Shown in pieces: positions 49,283 to 62,144 of a stretch of 64,000 nucleotides of DNA (within the stretch, counting starts at the first letter, position 1; every line of letters begins with the position of its first letter). The DNA is from Candidatus Sulfomarinibacteraceae bacterium. Its GTDB lineage: Bacteria > Acidobacteriota > Thermoanaerobaculia > Thermoanaerobaculales > Sulfomarinibacteraceae. The stretch spans positions 435,935-499,934 of the forward strand of contig CAVUHO010000003.1 of NCBI GenBank assembly GCA_963741385.1, written 5' to 3'. The notes under the pieces were generated by a model, which was not told where the DNA came from, did not search any database, and saw nothing but the letters and a program-made list of their open reading frames with translations. Made by a program: the position numbers and the translations under genes.

Positions 49283-50164
49283 ATGCCGGGGCGACTGAAC
49301 ACGATCATCATCGTGCCCCACAGCAAAGCGCGTTTCGTCAAGTTCTCGTTTTCAACGAGGACGGCGGTCGTGGCGGCGTGCGCGGCAACAGTGGGTTTGG
49401 TTCTCTCGATTGTCGCGATCACCTATACCGGAAGCGCCGTGAACCGGCGCGTCGAGGTGGATCGCCTGCGGGTCGAAAATGTCGAGCTCACCGATGTGAA
49501 CCGGGAACTCGAGGTGACCATCTCCGAGGTCCAGGGCCGGTTGGACGAGTTCGAGGAGCGGACCTCGCGGCTCGCTCTGGCGACGGGCATGGAAGCGCAG
49601 GCTGTCGGGTTCTCGGGCGCGGGAGAAAGCGGCACCAGGGTGGGCGCCGGTGGTCCCTACGACCGCCTGCCGGAGTCACCCGAGGCGCTGGCCGCTCAGG
49701 GTCGGTGGGTCGAACGGCAACTCGAGCTCGTCGAGGGACACCTCTCCGAGCAGGAACATCTTCTTGCCTCGACGCCGACGATCGCTCCCACGCTGGGACT
49801 CATCAGCGACGGATTCGGACGCCGCAAGGACCCGTTCACCGGCCGCCCGGCGTACCACCGCGGGCTCGACCTCGCAGCCCGCCGGGGCACGCCGATCAAG
49901 GCGCCGGCTGACGGGATCGTGGTGTTTGCGGGCCGCAACGGCGGTCTCGGGAAAACGGTCAGGATTTCGCACGATTACGGTTTCACGACCGTGTACGGCC
50001 ACCTCGACAAGATCTTGGTCGAACCGGGTGACGAGGTCCACCGCGGCCAGGAACTGGGCCTTTTGGGTAACTCCGGGCGCTCAACCGGCCCCCACCTCCA
50101 TTATGAGGTGCACGTCGACGGCAAAGCCGTGAATCCTCTGTACTACATTCTCGACGCGTTTTAA
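49283..50164 (+). CDS. M23 family metallopeptidase
   Basis: HRGLDLAARRGTPIKAPADG...YGHL...GNSGRSTGPHLHYEV. N-terminal TM helix and coiled coil. GAAGGAGGGG RBS. Confidence 0.9.
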   Translation: MPGRLNTIIIVPHSKARFVKFSFSTRTAVVAACAATVGLVLSIVAITYTGSAVNRRVEVDRLRVENVELTDVNRELEVTISEVQGRLDEFEERTSRLALATGMEAQAVGFSGAGESGTRVGAGGPYDRLPESPEALAAQGRWVERQLELVEGHLSEQEHLLASTPTIAPTLGLISDGFGRRKDPFTGRPAYHRGLDLAARRGTPIKAPADGIVVFAGRNGGLGKTVRISHDYGFTTVYGHLDKILVEPGDEVHRGQELGLLGNSGRSTGPHLHYEVHVDGKAVNPLYYILDAF

Positions 50165-50190
50165 GACTGTCCGGTCGCGATTCCCGTGAG

Positions 50191-50245
50191 GAGCCAGGCA
50201 CGCCAAGATGATGTTGAGGACAACATCATCTTGGGAGCCAGGCAC
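50191..50245. repeat. 14-bp perfect hairpin flanked by 11-bp direct repeats GAGCCAGGCAC
   Basis: GAGCCAGGCAC-g-CCAAGATGATGTTG-agga-CAACATCATCTTGG-GAGCCAGGCAC. Confidence 0.85.
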
Positions 50246-50427
50246 CTCCGCCGCACGAGACCATTTCCCGGGTGCGTATCGGTCAAAGATTCCAAGTGCC
50301 GTCGAGGCGGGTGCGTTGCAATCGCGGTCGGGCTGAACTAGGCTGCTAGGACCGGCGGCGACGCTGGTCAATGCACCGACTGCGCCGGGGGACGCCCCGG
50401 CATTTTGCAATCCGGCGAGGTGAGTGA

Positions 50428-53217
<2,790 letters not shown>

Positions 53218-53220
53218 AAG

Positions 53221-54690
53221 ATGAGCCGAGAAATTCCGGTCGGTCTGACCTTTGACGATGTTCTCCTGGTGCCGTGGCGTTCGGAGGTCCACCCGAACGA
53301 GCTCGATGTCAGCACGAGGCTGACCCGCGACGGGATTCGCCTGGGCCTGCCGATCGTGTCGGCGGCGATGGACACCGTGACCGAGGCCAACATGGCGATT
53401 GCCATGGCGCAGTTCGGCGGGGTCGGCGTGATCCACAAGAACATGAGCATCGAACGGCAGGCCGAGGAGGTGGACAAGGTCAAACGGTCGGAATCGGGCA
53501 TGATCGTCGATCCGGTCACCGTCCACCCGGAACAGTCCGTGCGCGAGGCTCTCGACGTCATGGCCAGGTACCGGATCTCCGGTCTGCCAGTGGTCGACGC
53601 TCAGGGCCAGCTCGAGGGCATCCTGACCAACCGCGACCTGAGGTTTTGCAGCGAATTCGACCGGCCGATCGCGGACTTCATGACCAAGGAAGAGCTGGTG
53701 ACGGCGCCGGTCGGGACGACGCTCGAAGAGGCCAAGTCGCTGCTGCACAAGAACCGTATCGAGAAGCTCCTGATCGTCGACGAGGCCGGCAACCTCAAGG
53801 GTCTGATCACGGTCAAGGACATCAAGAAGGCCCACGACTACCCTCACGCGTGCAAGGACGATCTGGGCAGGTTGCGGGTCGCGGCCGGCGTCGGTGTGAC
53901 CGGAGACGTTCTTGATCGCTGCGCGGCTCTGATCGCCAACCAGGTCGATGTCCTGTGTCTCGACAGCTCGCACGCTCACTCTCGCGGAGTGATGGAAGCC
54001 ACCGGGCGGATCAAGAAGGCCTTTCCGGAGACGCCCCTGATCGTCGGCAACATCGCCACCGAACAGGCGGCCCGCGACCTCATCGCCCTCGGCGCGGATG
54101 CGCTCAAGGTGGGGATCGGGCCCGGATCGATCTGTACGACCAGGATCGTGACCGGTGCCGGAATGCCGCAGATCACCGCGGTCATCGACTGCGCCCGTGC
54201 GGCTAAAGACGCCGGCGTGCCCATCATAGCCGACGGCGGCATCCGCTTTTCCGGCGACATCACCAAGGCGCTGGCTGCGGGCGCGGACGTGATCATGATC
54301 GGCTCGTTGTTTGCCGGGGTGGAGGAATCGCCCGGTGAGCAGATCCTGTACCAGGGCCGGACATTCAAGGCCTACCGCGGCATGGGTTCGATCGGCGCCA
54401 TGAAGAGCAGCGAGGGCTCGAGCGACCGCTACTTCCAGGAGGGGGGCGAGCGTGCCAAACTCGTGCCGGAAGGGATCGAGGGCATGGTCCCCTTCAAGGG
54501 TCCGCTGTCGGACCAGCTGACCCAGCTCGTCGGCGGGCTCCGCGCGGGAATGGGGCTAGCGGGTTGCGCCTCCATCTCGGAGCTCCACGAGCATGCACGT
54601 TTCATTCGCGTCACCGGAGCGGGCCTCAAGGAATCGCACGCCCACGACGTCGTCGTCACCAAGGAAGCGCCAAACTACAGGATCGACTGA
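53221..54690 (+). CDS. guaB: IMP dehydrogenase
   Basis: [10 protein letters not shown], tandem CBS domains, the catalytic loop [11 protein letters not shown], and GGIRFSGD. Confidence 0.98.
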   Translation: MSREIPVGLTFDDVLLVPWRSEVHPNELDVSTRLTRDGIRLGLPIVSAAMDTVTEANMAIAMAQFGGVGVIHKNMSIERQAEEVDKVKRSESGMIVDPVTVHPEQSVREALDVMARYRISGLPVVDAQGQLEGILTNRDLRFCSEFDRPIADFMTKEELVTAPVGTTLEEAKSLLHKNRIEKLLIVDEAGNLKGLITVKDIKKAHDYPHACKDDLGRLRVAAGVGVTGDVLDRCAALIANQVDVLCLDSSHAHSRGVMEATGRIKKAFPETPLIVGNIATEQAARDLIALGADALKVGIGPGSICTTRIVTGAGMPQITAVIDCARAAKDAGVPIIADGGIRFSGDITKALAAGADVIMIGSLFAGVEESPGEQILYQGRTFKAYRGMGSIGAMKSSEGSSDRYFQEGGERAKLVPEGIEGMVPFKGPLSDQLTQLVGGLRAGMGLAGCASISELHEHARFIRVTGAGLKESHAHDVVVTKEAPNYRID

Positions 54691-54814
54691 GAATTCTCAA
54701 TTATGAATTCTTAATTTTGAATTCCCGCCCGCCCACCCCCAAGGTGCGGATCGCTGCGAAAGGGTGCCGGAATTGAGAATTCATAATTCAAAATTGGAGG
54801 GGCGTGAGCCCCTC
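54691..54814. repeat. composite element: AATT-type heptamer arms (imperfectly complementary) around a C-rich core, followed by GAGGGGC-gtga-GCCCCTC hairpin
   Basis: Left arm GAATTCT CAATTAT GAATTCT TAATTTT GAATTCC. Core CGCCCGCCCACCCCCAAGGTGCGG.... Right arm GGAATTGAG AATTCAT AATTCAA AATTGG. Hairpin at 54797-54814. Confidence 0.85.
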
Positions 54815-54830
54815 TGCTATTCTCCGCACC

Positions 54831-55862
54831 ATGAAAAAAGCATTGATCACGGGCATTACCGGGCAGGATGGTTCCTACCTCGCGGAGTTCCTGCTCGGCA
54901 AGGAATACGAGGTGCACGGCATCGTCCGCCGCGCCTCGACTTTTAACCGGCAGCGGATCGACCACCTGCGCAAGGCAGGGATGGGCGAACGCCACGTCAG
55001 GCTGCACTACGGCGATCTCGGCGACGCGGAGTCTCTGACGACGATCCTCGAAAACGTCCGGCCCGACGAGATCTACAACCTCGCGGCGCAGTCCCACGTC
55101 GGGATCTCGTTCGACATGCCGACCTACACCGGCGACGTTTCCGGTCTCGGAGTGGTGCGGCTGCTCGAAGCGGTTCGAAGGGTGGTGCCCGCGTCCCGTT
55201 TTTATCAGGCGTCGTCGTCGGAACTCTTCGGCCAGGTCGCCGAGGTCCCGCAGACCGAAAAGACCCCCTTTCACCCGCGGTCGCCGTACGCGGTGGCCAA
55301 GCTTTACGCCTACTGGGCGACCATCAACTACCGGGAGGCCCGCGGCTTGTTCGCCGCCAACGGGATCCTGTTCAACCACGAGTCGCCCCGCCGGGGCGAG
55401 AACTTCGTCACCCGGAAAATTACCCGCGCGGTGGCGGAGATCGCCGCCGGCCGCCGCGACTGGGTGTCCCTCGGCAATCTGGAGGCCCGTCGCGACTGGG
55501 GCTTCGCGGGCGATTTCGTCGAGTCGATGTGGTTGATCCTGCAGGCTGAACGGCCGGATGACTGGGTTGTCGGAACGGGAGAGGAGCACTCGGTACGGGA
55601 GTTCTGCGAGCTTGCCTTTTCCTGCGTCGGCGTCGAACTCGAGTGGCAGGGCAGCGGGACCGACGAGGTCGGCGTCGATCGGGCCACGGGGGCGCGGCGC
55701 GTTGTGGTCAACCCGCGTTACTTCCGCCCGGCGGAGGTGGAGCGTTTGCTGGCCGATGCCTCGAAGGTGAAGAGGGAACTCGGGTGGCAGCCGAAAATCG
55801 GCTTCGAGGAGCTGGTCCGCATGATGGTCGACTCTGATCTTGAAGCGACTGCCAAGAGATAG
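54831..55862 (+). CDS. gmd: GDP-mannose 4,6-dehydratase
   Basis: [45 protein letters not shown]. Confidence 0.95.
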   Translation: MKKALITGITGQDGSYLAEFLLGKEYEVHGIVRRASTFNRQRIDHLRKAGMGERHVRLHYGDLGDAESLTTILENVRPDEIYNLAAQSHVGISFDMPTYTGDVSGLGVVRLLEAVRRVVPASRFYQASSSELFGQVAEVPQTEKTPFHPRSPYAVAKLYAYWATINYREARGLFAANGILFNHESPRRGENFVTRKITRAVAEIAAGRRDWVSLGNLEARRDWGFAGDFVESMWLILQAERPDDWVVGTGEEHSVREFCELAFSCVGVELEWQGSGTDEVGVDRATGARRVVVNPRYFRPAEVERLLADASKVKRELGWQPKIGFEELVRMMVDSDLEATAKR

Positions 55863-56006
55863 GCGTTCACTTTCCGTTGGCTGTCGTACAGTTTCCGAGG
55901 TTCATTTTACGCGCCGGGCGCGGCGACGCGCGCGGCGCGAAAATGAGGTTTGGATTTGTCAAAGGCTGGGGGGCCGATTAGGCTTTGCAGGCTTGGAGAA
56001 AGAACG

Positions 56007-57650
56007 ATGAAAATCGTGGAATGCGTACCGAACATCTCCGACGGCCGCAACCCAGAGGTCTACAACGCCGTAGCGCAGGCCGCCGCGGCGGTGCCGGGAG
56101 TCAAGTTGCTCGACGTCGACCCCGGCGTCGAAACCAACCGCACGGTGATCACCTTCGTCGGTGAACCGGAGGCCGTGCTCGAGGGCGCGTTCCAGCTGGT
56201 GGCGGCGGCTCGTGGTTTGATTGACCTGCGTGGCCACCACGGCGCACACCCACGGATGGGCGCTGTCGACGTGTGCCCCTTCGTTCCGGTGGCCGACCTC
56301 ACCATGGACGAGTGCGTCGAGCTGGCCAATCGCCTCGGCAAGAGGGTCGGCGAGGAACTGTCACTGCCGGTCTATCTTTATGAGTTCGCGGCGACCCGTC
56401 CCGAGCGGCGATCGCTCGCGGCCATTCGCAAAGGCGAGTACGAGGCCCTGCCCCGCAAGTTCGAGGACCCGGACTTTGCTCCCGACTACGGCCCGGCGGT
56501 GTTCGTGCCCGAGTTCGGGGCCATGGTGACCGGCGCCCGCAAGTTTCTGGTTGCATACAACGTCAACCTCAACGTCACTGACAAGCGGTGGGCGAACCGG
56601 GTTGCATTCGACGTCAGGGAGAATGGCCGCACGGTGACCGGACCCGACGGCAAACAGATCCACCAGCCCGGCATGCTCGAGGCGGTCCGTGGCGTGGGTT
56701 GGTACATTCCCGAGTACGGCTGCGCCCAGGTCTCGATGAATCTGGTGGATATCGACGTCACTCCGATTCACACCGCCTTTGACGCCTGTGAAGAAAGCGC
56801 CCGTCAACGCGGTCTCAGGGCCACCGGCTCCGAACTGGTGGGTCTCGTTCCGAAAGGCGCGATTCTCGCCGCGGGCCGGCACTACCTCCAGCGCATGGGG
56901 CGGTCCCGGGGCGTGCCCGGAGCGGATCTCGTTCACACGGCCGTGCGTTCGCTCGGGCTGGCTGAAGTGGCCGGATTCGAACCGCGGGAGAAGATCATCG
57001 AGGACATTCTCGCCCCCGATCGGCCGTTGGCGTCGATGACGCTGCAGGAGTTCGCCGACGAGACCTCCCGCGACTCCACCGCGCCCGGCGGCGGTTCGGT
57101 GGCGGCCCTGGCGGGCGCCCTCGGCGCCTCCCTGGCCGCCATGGTGGCCAATCTTCCCCATCCCAAGGCCGAGTTCGAGGGTGTGTGCGACCAGCTCGAG
57201 GAGGTCGCCATCCGGGCGCAGGAACTGAAACAACAATTGTTGGACGCCATCGATGCCGACACCTGGGCGTTCCAGGCTGTCATGGAGGCCAACAGAGCAA
57301 CCGGCGCCGGTCGCGAACAGGCGATCCGCGAGGCGACCCTGGGGGCGGCCCGGGTGCCGCTGGAGGTCGCCGAGACCTGCCCCGAGGTGGTCGGCCTGTG
57401 CCGTCGTGCGCTGGAACTCGGGATGGCGGCGTCGGCGTCGGATGCGGGAGTTGGAGCCGGGATGGCGCGGGCGGCCGCGCTCGGCGCCGCCATGAACGTC
57501 CGGATCAACCTGCAGGAGATGGCCGGCGATCCGGAAGCCGCCGCCATGCTGGTGCGCGCGGACGCTGCGGTGAGGAGCACCGGGAAGCTCGCCCGCGAGG
57601 TGGAGAAGGCGGTGTGGGGCGGTCTCGGGGGCGAGGTCAGCGATCTGTAA
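56007..57650 (+). CDS. ftcD: glutamate formimidoyltransferase fused to formiminotetrahydrofolate cyclodeaminase (FTCD-like)
   Basis: MKIVECVPNISDGRN...HPRMGAVDVCPFVP is the transferase part. The C-terminal helical domain with APGGGSVAALAGALGASLAAMV is the cyclodeaminase part. Confidence 0.88.
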   Translation: MKIVECVPNISDGRNPEVYNAVAQAAAAVPGVKLLDVDPGVETNRTVITFVGEPEAVLEGAFQLVAAARGLIDLRGHHGAHPRMGAVDVCPFVPVADLTMDECVELANRLGKRVGEELSLPVYLYEFAATRPERRSLAAIRKGEYEALPRKFEDPDFAPDYGPAVFVPEFGAMVTGARKFLVAYNVNLNVTDKRWANRVAFDVRENGRTVTGPDGKQIHQPGMLEAVRGVGWYIPEYGCAQVSMNLVDIDVTPIHTAFDACEESARQRGLRATGSELVGLVPKGAILAAGRHYLQRMGRSRGVPGADLVHTAVRSLGLAEVAGFEPREKIIEDILAPDRPLASMTLQEFADETSRDSTAPGGGSVAALAGALGASLAAMVANLPHPKAEFEGVCDQLEEVAIRAQELKQQLLDAIDADTWAFQAVMEANRATGAGREQAIREATLGAARVPLEVAETCPEVVGLCRRALELGMAASASDAGVGAGMARAAALGAAMNVRINLQEMAGDPEAAAMLVRADAAVRSTGKLAREVEKAVWGGLGGEVSDL

Positions 57651-57728
57651 AAGAACGCGCCGGCCCTTTGCCGACGAGCCGAAATCAGAGGTACAACAGA
57701 GCTGTGGAGCAGGGGAGATGGAGTTGAT

Positions 57729-58718
57729 ATGACGGGAACTCACGCAAGGCAGGGTCCGGGCCGTGCCGGGGCGCTTGCGGTCGTGCTGGCGCGGGTCATC
57801 GTGCCGTCGTGGCTGGCGGCCGGTGCGGTGCTCAAGCTGGTGGATCTCAGCCCGAGTCACCTGCCGGCCGCGCTCATCAAATGGTCGGGGGCGATCGGCC
57901 TTGACCTGATGTTCGTCTTTCGATTCAGCATCGCCGCGGAACTGATCGTTGTCGGCGTCATGGTGCTGGTGCCGCCGCTGGCGCGCTGGACCGGCATCGT
58001 CATGCTGGCGGCGTTCATTCCGGTTCTGATCGGGGACCTGGCGCTCGGTGCATCGAGTTGCGGCTGCTTTGGCGCGGTCGAGATCAGCCCGTGGGTCACT
58101 TTGGTGACGGACGTCACATTTTTCCTCGGGCTGCTGCTGCTCGGGCGGCGGGTCCCGAGACTCGAACTGACGGCGAACCTCCCGACCCGAAAGGTCGTGG
58201 CAGCAGGTCTTTGGAGCCTGGCGAGCGTGGCGCTCGCGTTCGGCTTGCGGTCGCCCATTCAGCCCCCATCGACCGTGGTCGGCGGCGTCTCGGACACTCA
58301 ACAGGCGATGACCCTGCCGGCCGATGGTTACTATCTGCCCGACTATCAGTCCTGGCTGGGGCGTCCTTTTACCGACCTGGACATCGCCTCGTGGGTTCGC
58401 GGACTGCCGGATGACATCGCAAGTGGTTCACAATACGTGATTTTCTACCGCAAAGACTGCGAACACTGTCACGAACTCATGGACCTCTACTTCAGCGGTC
58501 CGCTGCCCTTGCCCACCACCGCCGTCGCAGTGCCGGAACGGGGCGGGTTCCCGACCGAGAACCTGCAGCCGTTTCCCTGTCTCGAATGCCGGACCGCCGA
58601 GCTGCCGGCGGGGTTGGATTGGTTCCTCCAGACGCCGGTCCTGGTCCGGCTCGCCGACGGCTCAGTGGAGTGCGTTTCGGAGGTCGATCCCGAGGCGCCG
58701 GAGTGCCTGAATTTCTGA
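57729..58718 (+). CDS. MauE/DoxX-like membrane protein fused to a C-terminal thioredoxin-like CxxC domain
   Basis: Four TM helices with the CGCFG motif (MauE type). The C-terminal YVIFYRKDCEHCHELM carries the CxxC. Confidence 0.65.
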   Translation: MTGTHARQGPGRAGALAVVLARVIVPSWLAAGAVLKLVDLSPSHLPAALIKWSGAIGLDLMFVFRFSIAAELIVVGVMVLVPPLARWTGIVMLAAFIPVLIGDLALGASSCGCFGAVEISPWVTLVTDVTFFLGLLLLGRRVPRLELTANLPTRKVVAAGLWSLASVALAFGLRSPIQPPSTVVGGVSDTQQAMTLPADGYYLPDYQSWLGRPFTDLDIASWVRGLPDDIASGSQYVIFYRKDCEHCHELMDLYFSGPLPLPTTAVAVPERGGFPTENLQPFPCLECRTAELPAGLDWFLQTPVLVRLADGSVECVSEVDPEAPECLNF

Positions 58719-58826
58719 TGACGGGGTTGATTTCTGGGGGTGCTTGCGTTGGAGAATGTGTTATAGTAACGCGGTGTTCAGTGGTGAAAACGTGAATTAC
58801 GAGAATACCAGATCAAACGGAGGTGG

Positions 58827-59471
58827 ATGATGCGTAAGGTTCTTTCCCCGGCGCTCGTGGTCGTCTTGGTCCTCGGACTGTCGCTCACCGGTTGCGCCAC
58901 CAAGAAATGGGTCAACGAGCAGGTGTCGGCTTTCGGTCAGGTGACCAACACCAAGATCCACGAGTTGCAGGACACGGTTGAAGGCAACCAGAAGGATATT
59001 TCCGAGCTGGCTGCCAACCAGGAAGCCCTCGCGGCTGACATGGCGCTGGTTTCTGCGGCTGCTCAAGAAGCGATGGCGCGCGCCGACGCAGCGGGCGTGC
59101 TCGCCATGGGCACCTTCCTCGCCGAGGTCACCATTTCGGACAACGACACGACCTTCGCCTTCAACAAGGCCGGGCTGTCCGACGACGCGAAAGCTCAGCT
59201 CGACAAGTTTGCAGCCGTCGTGTTGGCCATCGAAGGCAACGCGTTCATCGAGATCCAGGGCCATACCGACAGCATCGGCAGCGAAGGCTTCAACCTCGAA
59301 CTCGGCTTCAGGCGCGCCGAGACGGCCATGCGCTACCTCAACATGGAGAAGGGCATCCCGCTGTTCCGCATGAACGTGATCTCCTACGGCGAGTTCAAGC
59401 CGATTGCGGACAACTCGACCAAGGAAGGTCGCGCCCAGAACCGCCGCGTGACCCTGATTGCAATGCAGTAG
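58827..59471 (+). CDS. OmpA-family lipoprotein
   Basis: Lipobox LSLTGC. OmpA-C domain IEIQGHTDSIGSEGFNLELGFRRAE...NRRVTL. Confidence 0.88.
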   Translation: MMRKVLSPALVVVLVLGLSLTGCATKKWVNEQVSAFGQVTNTKIHELQDTVEGNQKDISELAANQEALAADMALVSAAAQEAMARADAAGVLAMGTFLAEVTISDNDTTFAFNKAGLSDDAKAQLDKFAAVVLAIEGNAFIEIQGHTDSIGSEGFNLELGFRRAETAMRYLNMEKGIPLFRMNVISYGEFKPIADNSTKEGRAQNRRVTLIAMQ

Positions 59472-59493
59472 GTCTGACCCAAGCGAAAACTCG

Positions 59494-59522
59494 ACGCCCG
59501 GGCTTCGGCCCGGGCGTTTTTG
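59494..59522 (+). terminator. intrinsic terminator after the OmpA-family gene
   Basis: ACGCCCGGGC-ttcg-GCCCGGGCGT (10-bp perfect stem) followed by TTTTT. Confidence 0.85.
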
Positions 59523-59657
59523 CGTTCGTTTGACCAACCAGGTGTCAGGTGTCACCCGAGACGGAACAAAATCATGGGTTGTGAGGCTCGACCGACGTTG
59601 TGAGCCTGTGCTACGTTGCATCGTGCGCCGAAGACGAAGACACCGGATGGAGGCCTG

Positions 59658-61802
59658 ATGGAACACTCGAAGCCTGTGAGCTCGAAGCTGCTACCGGCAA
59701 ACGCCTACCGAAAATTGAACCCCGGCGAGGTTTATCACCCGGTCGTTGGTCCGGACGATCTTCGACCCGAAGTTACCATGTGGTCGATCGGCGTCGGGGT
59801 GGCGATGGTCGTCGTTTTCACGGCTGCAGCGTCCTACATGGCGCTGCGAGCCGGCAACGCCATCGAAGCTTCGATCCCGATCGCGATCCTCGCGATTTTC
59901 TTCGGCAAGCTCAGGGTGCCCTCGAGCACCATCCTCGAAAACGTCATGGTCCAGAGTGTCGGCCAGGCTTCCGGGGTCGTAGCCGCGGGTGCGACCTTCG
60001 TGGTGCCGGCCCTCTACATCAACCAGCTCGACATCCAGTGGTGGCAGATCTTTCTGGCCTGCTTCATCGGCGGGTCGCTGGGTGTGGTCCTGATCATTCC
60101 GTTGCGCAGATACTTCGTGCAGGAACTCCACGGCGAGCTGCCCTACCCGGAGGCGACCGCCATCAACAACATCCTGATTACGGGCGAAAGTTCGGCCGGC
60201 GGCGCTGGCAAGATCCTGCTGATCTCGTTCGTGCTCGGAGCGCTGTTCGACTTTTCGATCGAAGCCCTCCACCTGTGGAACGCCAATCTGTCGAGTTCGA
60301 CACTGCTCGGGGGTGTCGGCAACGGGATTCGGCTCGAGATCCAGCTGACCGCCATCGCAGCCCTCTTCGGCCTCGGTTACATCATCGGCATCCGCTACGC
60401 GTCGATCATCGCGGCAGGGTCGGTCCTGGCGATGGTGGTCATGGTGCCGCTGATCTATCTCTTCGGCCGCCACCTCGCCGAGTTCTCGTTTGCCGGGAAG
60501 AGCTTCGAGATCGCGGAGATGAGTGCGGTTGCAATATTCGGGGCGTTCGTGAAACCGATCGGGATCGGGGCGATTGCGGTTTCAGGAATCATCGGCATCT
60601 TGCGGATGTGGAAGATCGTCGCCTCGTCGGTGACGCTGGGTTTCAAGGGGTTCTCGAAGGAGATGCACACAAACGTCGACACCACCGAACGGACGCAACG
60701 GGACATCCCTCCGAGAAACGTCTTGTTGATAACCCTCGCGGCCACCCTCGGCATGGGGGCTCTCTTCTTCATCGTCGCGATGATCACCCCGGGGGCAGGC
60801 GGTGCGGCCGCCTATGGTTTCGTCGACAGCGTCAAGTTCGGCCTGGTCGGAATGGTCGTCGGTTTCTTCCTCTCCTTTCTGTTCACTCCGGTTGCGGCCC
60901 AGGCGATCGCGATCGTTGGAGTCAACCCGGTGTCCGGCATGACCCTCATCACGGTGGTATTGGCGATCGGCTGCATGATCCTGGTGGGTCTCGCCGGTAC
61001 GGCCGGGATGATCGTGGCCCTCATCATCGGCATTGCCGTGTGCACCGCGTTGTCGACGTCCGGGGCGCTGATCACCGACTTCAAGATCGGCTACTGGCTC
61101 GGCAGCACCCCTCGCAACCAGGAAAAATGGAAGTTTCTCGGCATGTTCGTCGCGGCTCTGGTGGTCGCAGCGGTGATCCCGATCATGGACAACGCGTATG
61201 GCTTCCTCATCACCGACCCTGAGACCGGTCTCATGGTGTCGAACGAGCAGGCCCTCCCGGCCCCCCAGGCGAACATGATCGCAGCGGTGTCGCGTGGACT
61301 GATGGACAACCCCGCCAACCAACCGTGGCTGCTCTACGGTCTCGGTGGTGCGGTCGCGGTGATGTTGTGGATGGCCGGGGTCCCGATGCTCGCCTTCGCG
61401 CTCGGCATGTATTTGCCGATTTCGATCAATATGGCTGTTCTCGCGGGGGCCGCAGTCGGGTGGATTGTGGGTCGCACCGGCGGCAGTGAGGAGGTCCGCC
61501 AGGCGCGGACCGAACAGGGGACGCTGATCGCCTCCGGACTCATGGCGGGCGCCGCCATCTTCGGCGTGATCACCGCGATCCTCAGAACCCCGGATGTCGG
61601 CGCGCCGATCCGGTATATGAGTATCGGTGTGGATTTCGCGCTTCAGGACGGGGTGCTCCGAGAGACCGCCGCACACTGGTACGAGGGGTTTCAGGGTCAG
61701 ATCATCGGGCTCGTCATGCTCGTGCTTCTGGGCATCGCCTGCTATTTCCTGGCCCGCCTCGGCGCCCGCTGGCTGCTCGAAGCCCAACAGCGCGAGGAGT
61801 AG
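59658..61802 (+). CDS. OPT-family oligopeptide transporter
   Basis: 714 aa with about 16 TM helices. Segments LTAIAALFGLGYIIG and DFKIGYWLGSTPR fit the OPT family. ATG 59658 follows GGAGG. Confidence 0.88.
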   Translation: MEHSKPVSSKLLPANAYRKLNPGEVYHPVVGPDDLRPEVTMWSIGVGVAMVVVFTAAASYMALRAGNAIEASIPIAILAIFFGKLRVPSSTILENVMVQSVGQASGVVAAGATFVVPALYINQLDIQWWQIFLACFIGGSLGVVLIIPLRRYFVQELHGELPYPEATAINNILITGESSAGGAGKILLISFVLGALFDFSIEALHLWNANLSSSTLLGGVGNGIRLEIQLTAIAALFGLGYIIGIRYASIIAAGSVLAMVVMVPLIYLFGRHLAEFSFAGKSFEIAEMSAVAIFGAFVKPIGIGAIAVSGIIGILRMWKIVASSVTLGFKGFSKEMHTNVDTTERTQRDIPPRNVLLITLAATLGMGALFFIVAMITPGAGGAAAYGFVDSVKFGLVGMVVGFFLSFLFTPVAAQAIAIVGVNPVSGMTLITVVLAIGCMILVGLAGTAGMIVALIIGIAVCTALSTSGALITDFKIGYWLGSTPRNQEKWKFLGMFVAALVVAAVIPIMDNAYGFLITDPETGLMVSNEQALPAPQANMIAAVSRGLMDNPANQPWLLYGLGGAVAVMLWMAGVPMLAFALGMYLPISINMAVLAGAAVGWIVGRTGGSEEVRQARTEQGTLIASGLMAGAAIFGVITAILRTPDVGAPIRYMSIGVDFALQDGVLRETAAHWYEGFQGQIIGLVMLVLLGIACYFLARLGARWLLEAQQREE

Positions 61803-61807
61803 AAAGC

Positions 61808-62144
61808 CAAGGTTTACAGGTTCCAGGTTGCAGGATCCAGGTCGCCGGTTTCAGCTCTGAAGGTGGGCCAAGGCCCACCACCCTCAAGCTGTCATCCCGA
61901 CCGAGGGAGCGAAGCGATCGAGTGGAGGGATCCCTCCGCTGCGGCCCTCCGGGCCTCCGGTCGGGATGACAGGAATTGCGACTGCCTTCGGAATGAAAAC
62001 GACCCGAGAGAATTACCTCTTCCGAGTCGTTCCTGTGGTGCAGGCGTCCCGCCTGCACGTGCGGCCGGGACGGCCGCACCAAAATGCTCCCGTGTATCAG
62101 CGGCTACCCAAGCCCCAAGCCCCTCAAGCCTCAAGCCCCAAGCC
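61808..62144. repeat. 340-bp compound repeat region: CAGGTTN heptamer array, several GC hairpins, an 84-bp element with 15-bp terminal inverted repeats, and a CAAGCCC-type heptamer array
   Basis: Left array 61808-61846. Hairpin GGTGGGCC-aa-GGCCCACC at 61862-79. Inverted repeat CTGTCATCCCGACCG (61889-903) / CGGTCGGGATGACAG (61958-72). Tandem hairpins at 62038-58 and 62059-79. Right array 62107-62144. Confidence 0.85.

Noticed and set aside
55905-55943. GC-rich hairpin TTTTACGCGCCG...CGGCGCGAAAA after gmd as an intrinsic terminator
   Set aside because: The T-run precedes the stem and an A-run follows it on the gmd strand, so the orientation is wrong for gmd. No minus-strand gene needs it. I left it unannotated.
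58719-58826. Sigma70-type promoter upstream of the OmpA-family gene (TTGCGT ... TATAGT/TAGTAA)
   Set aside because: The spacer lengths (12-14 nt) do not fit, and no alternative -35 lies at 17 nt.
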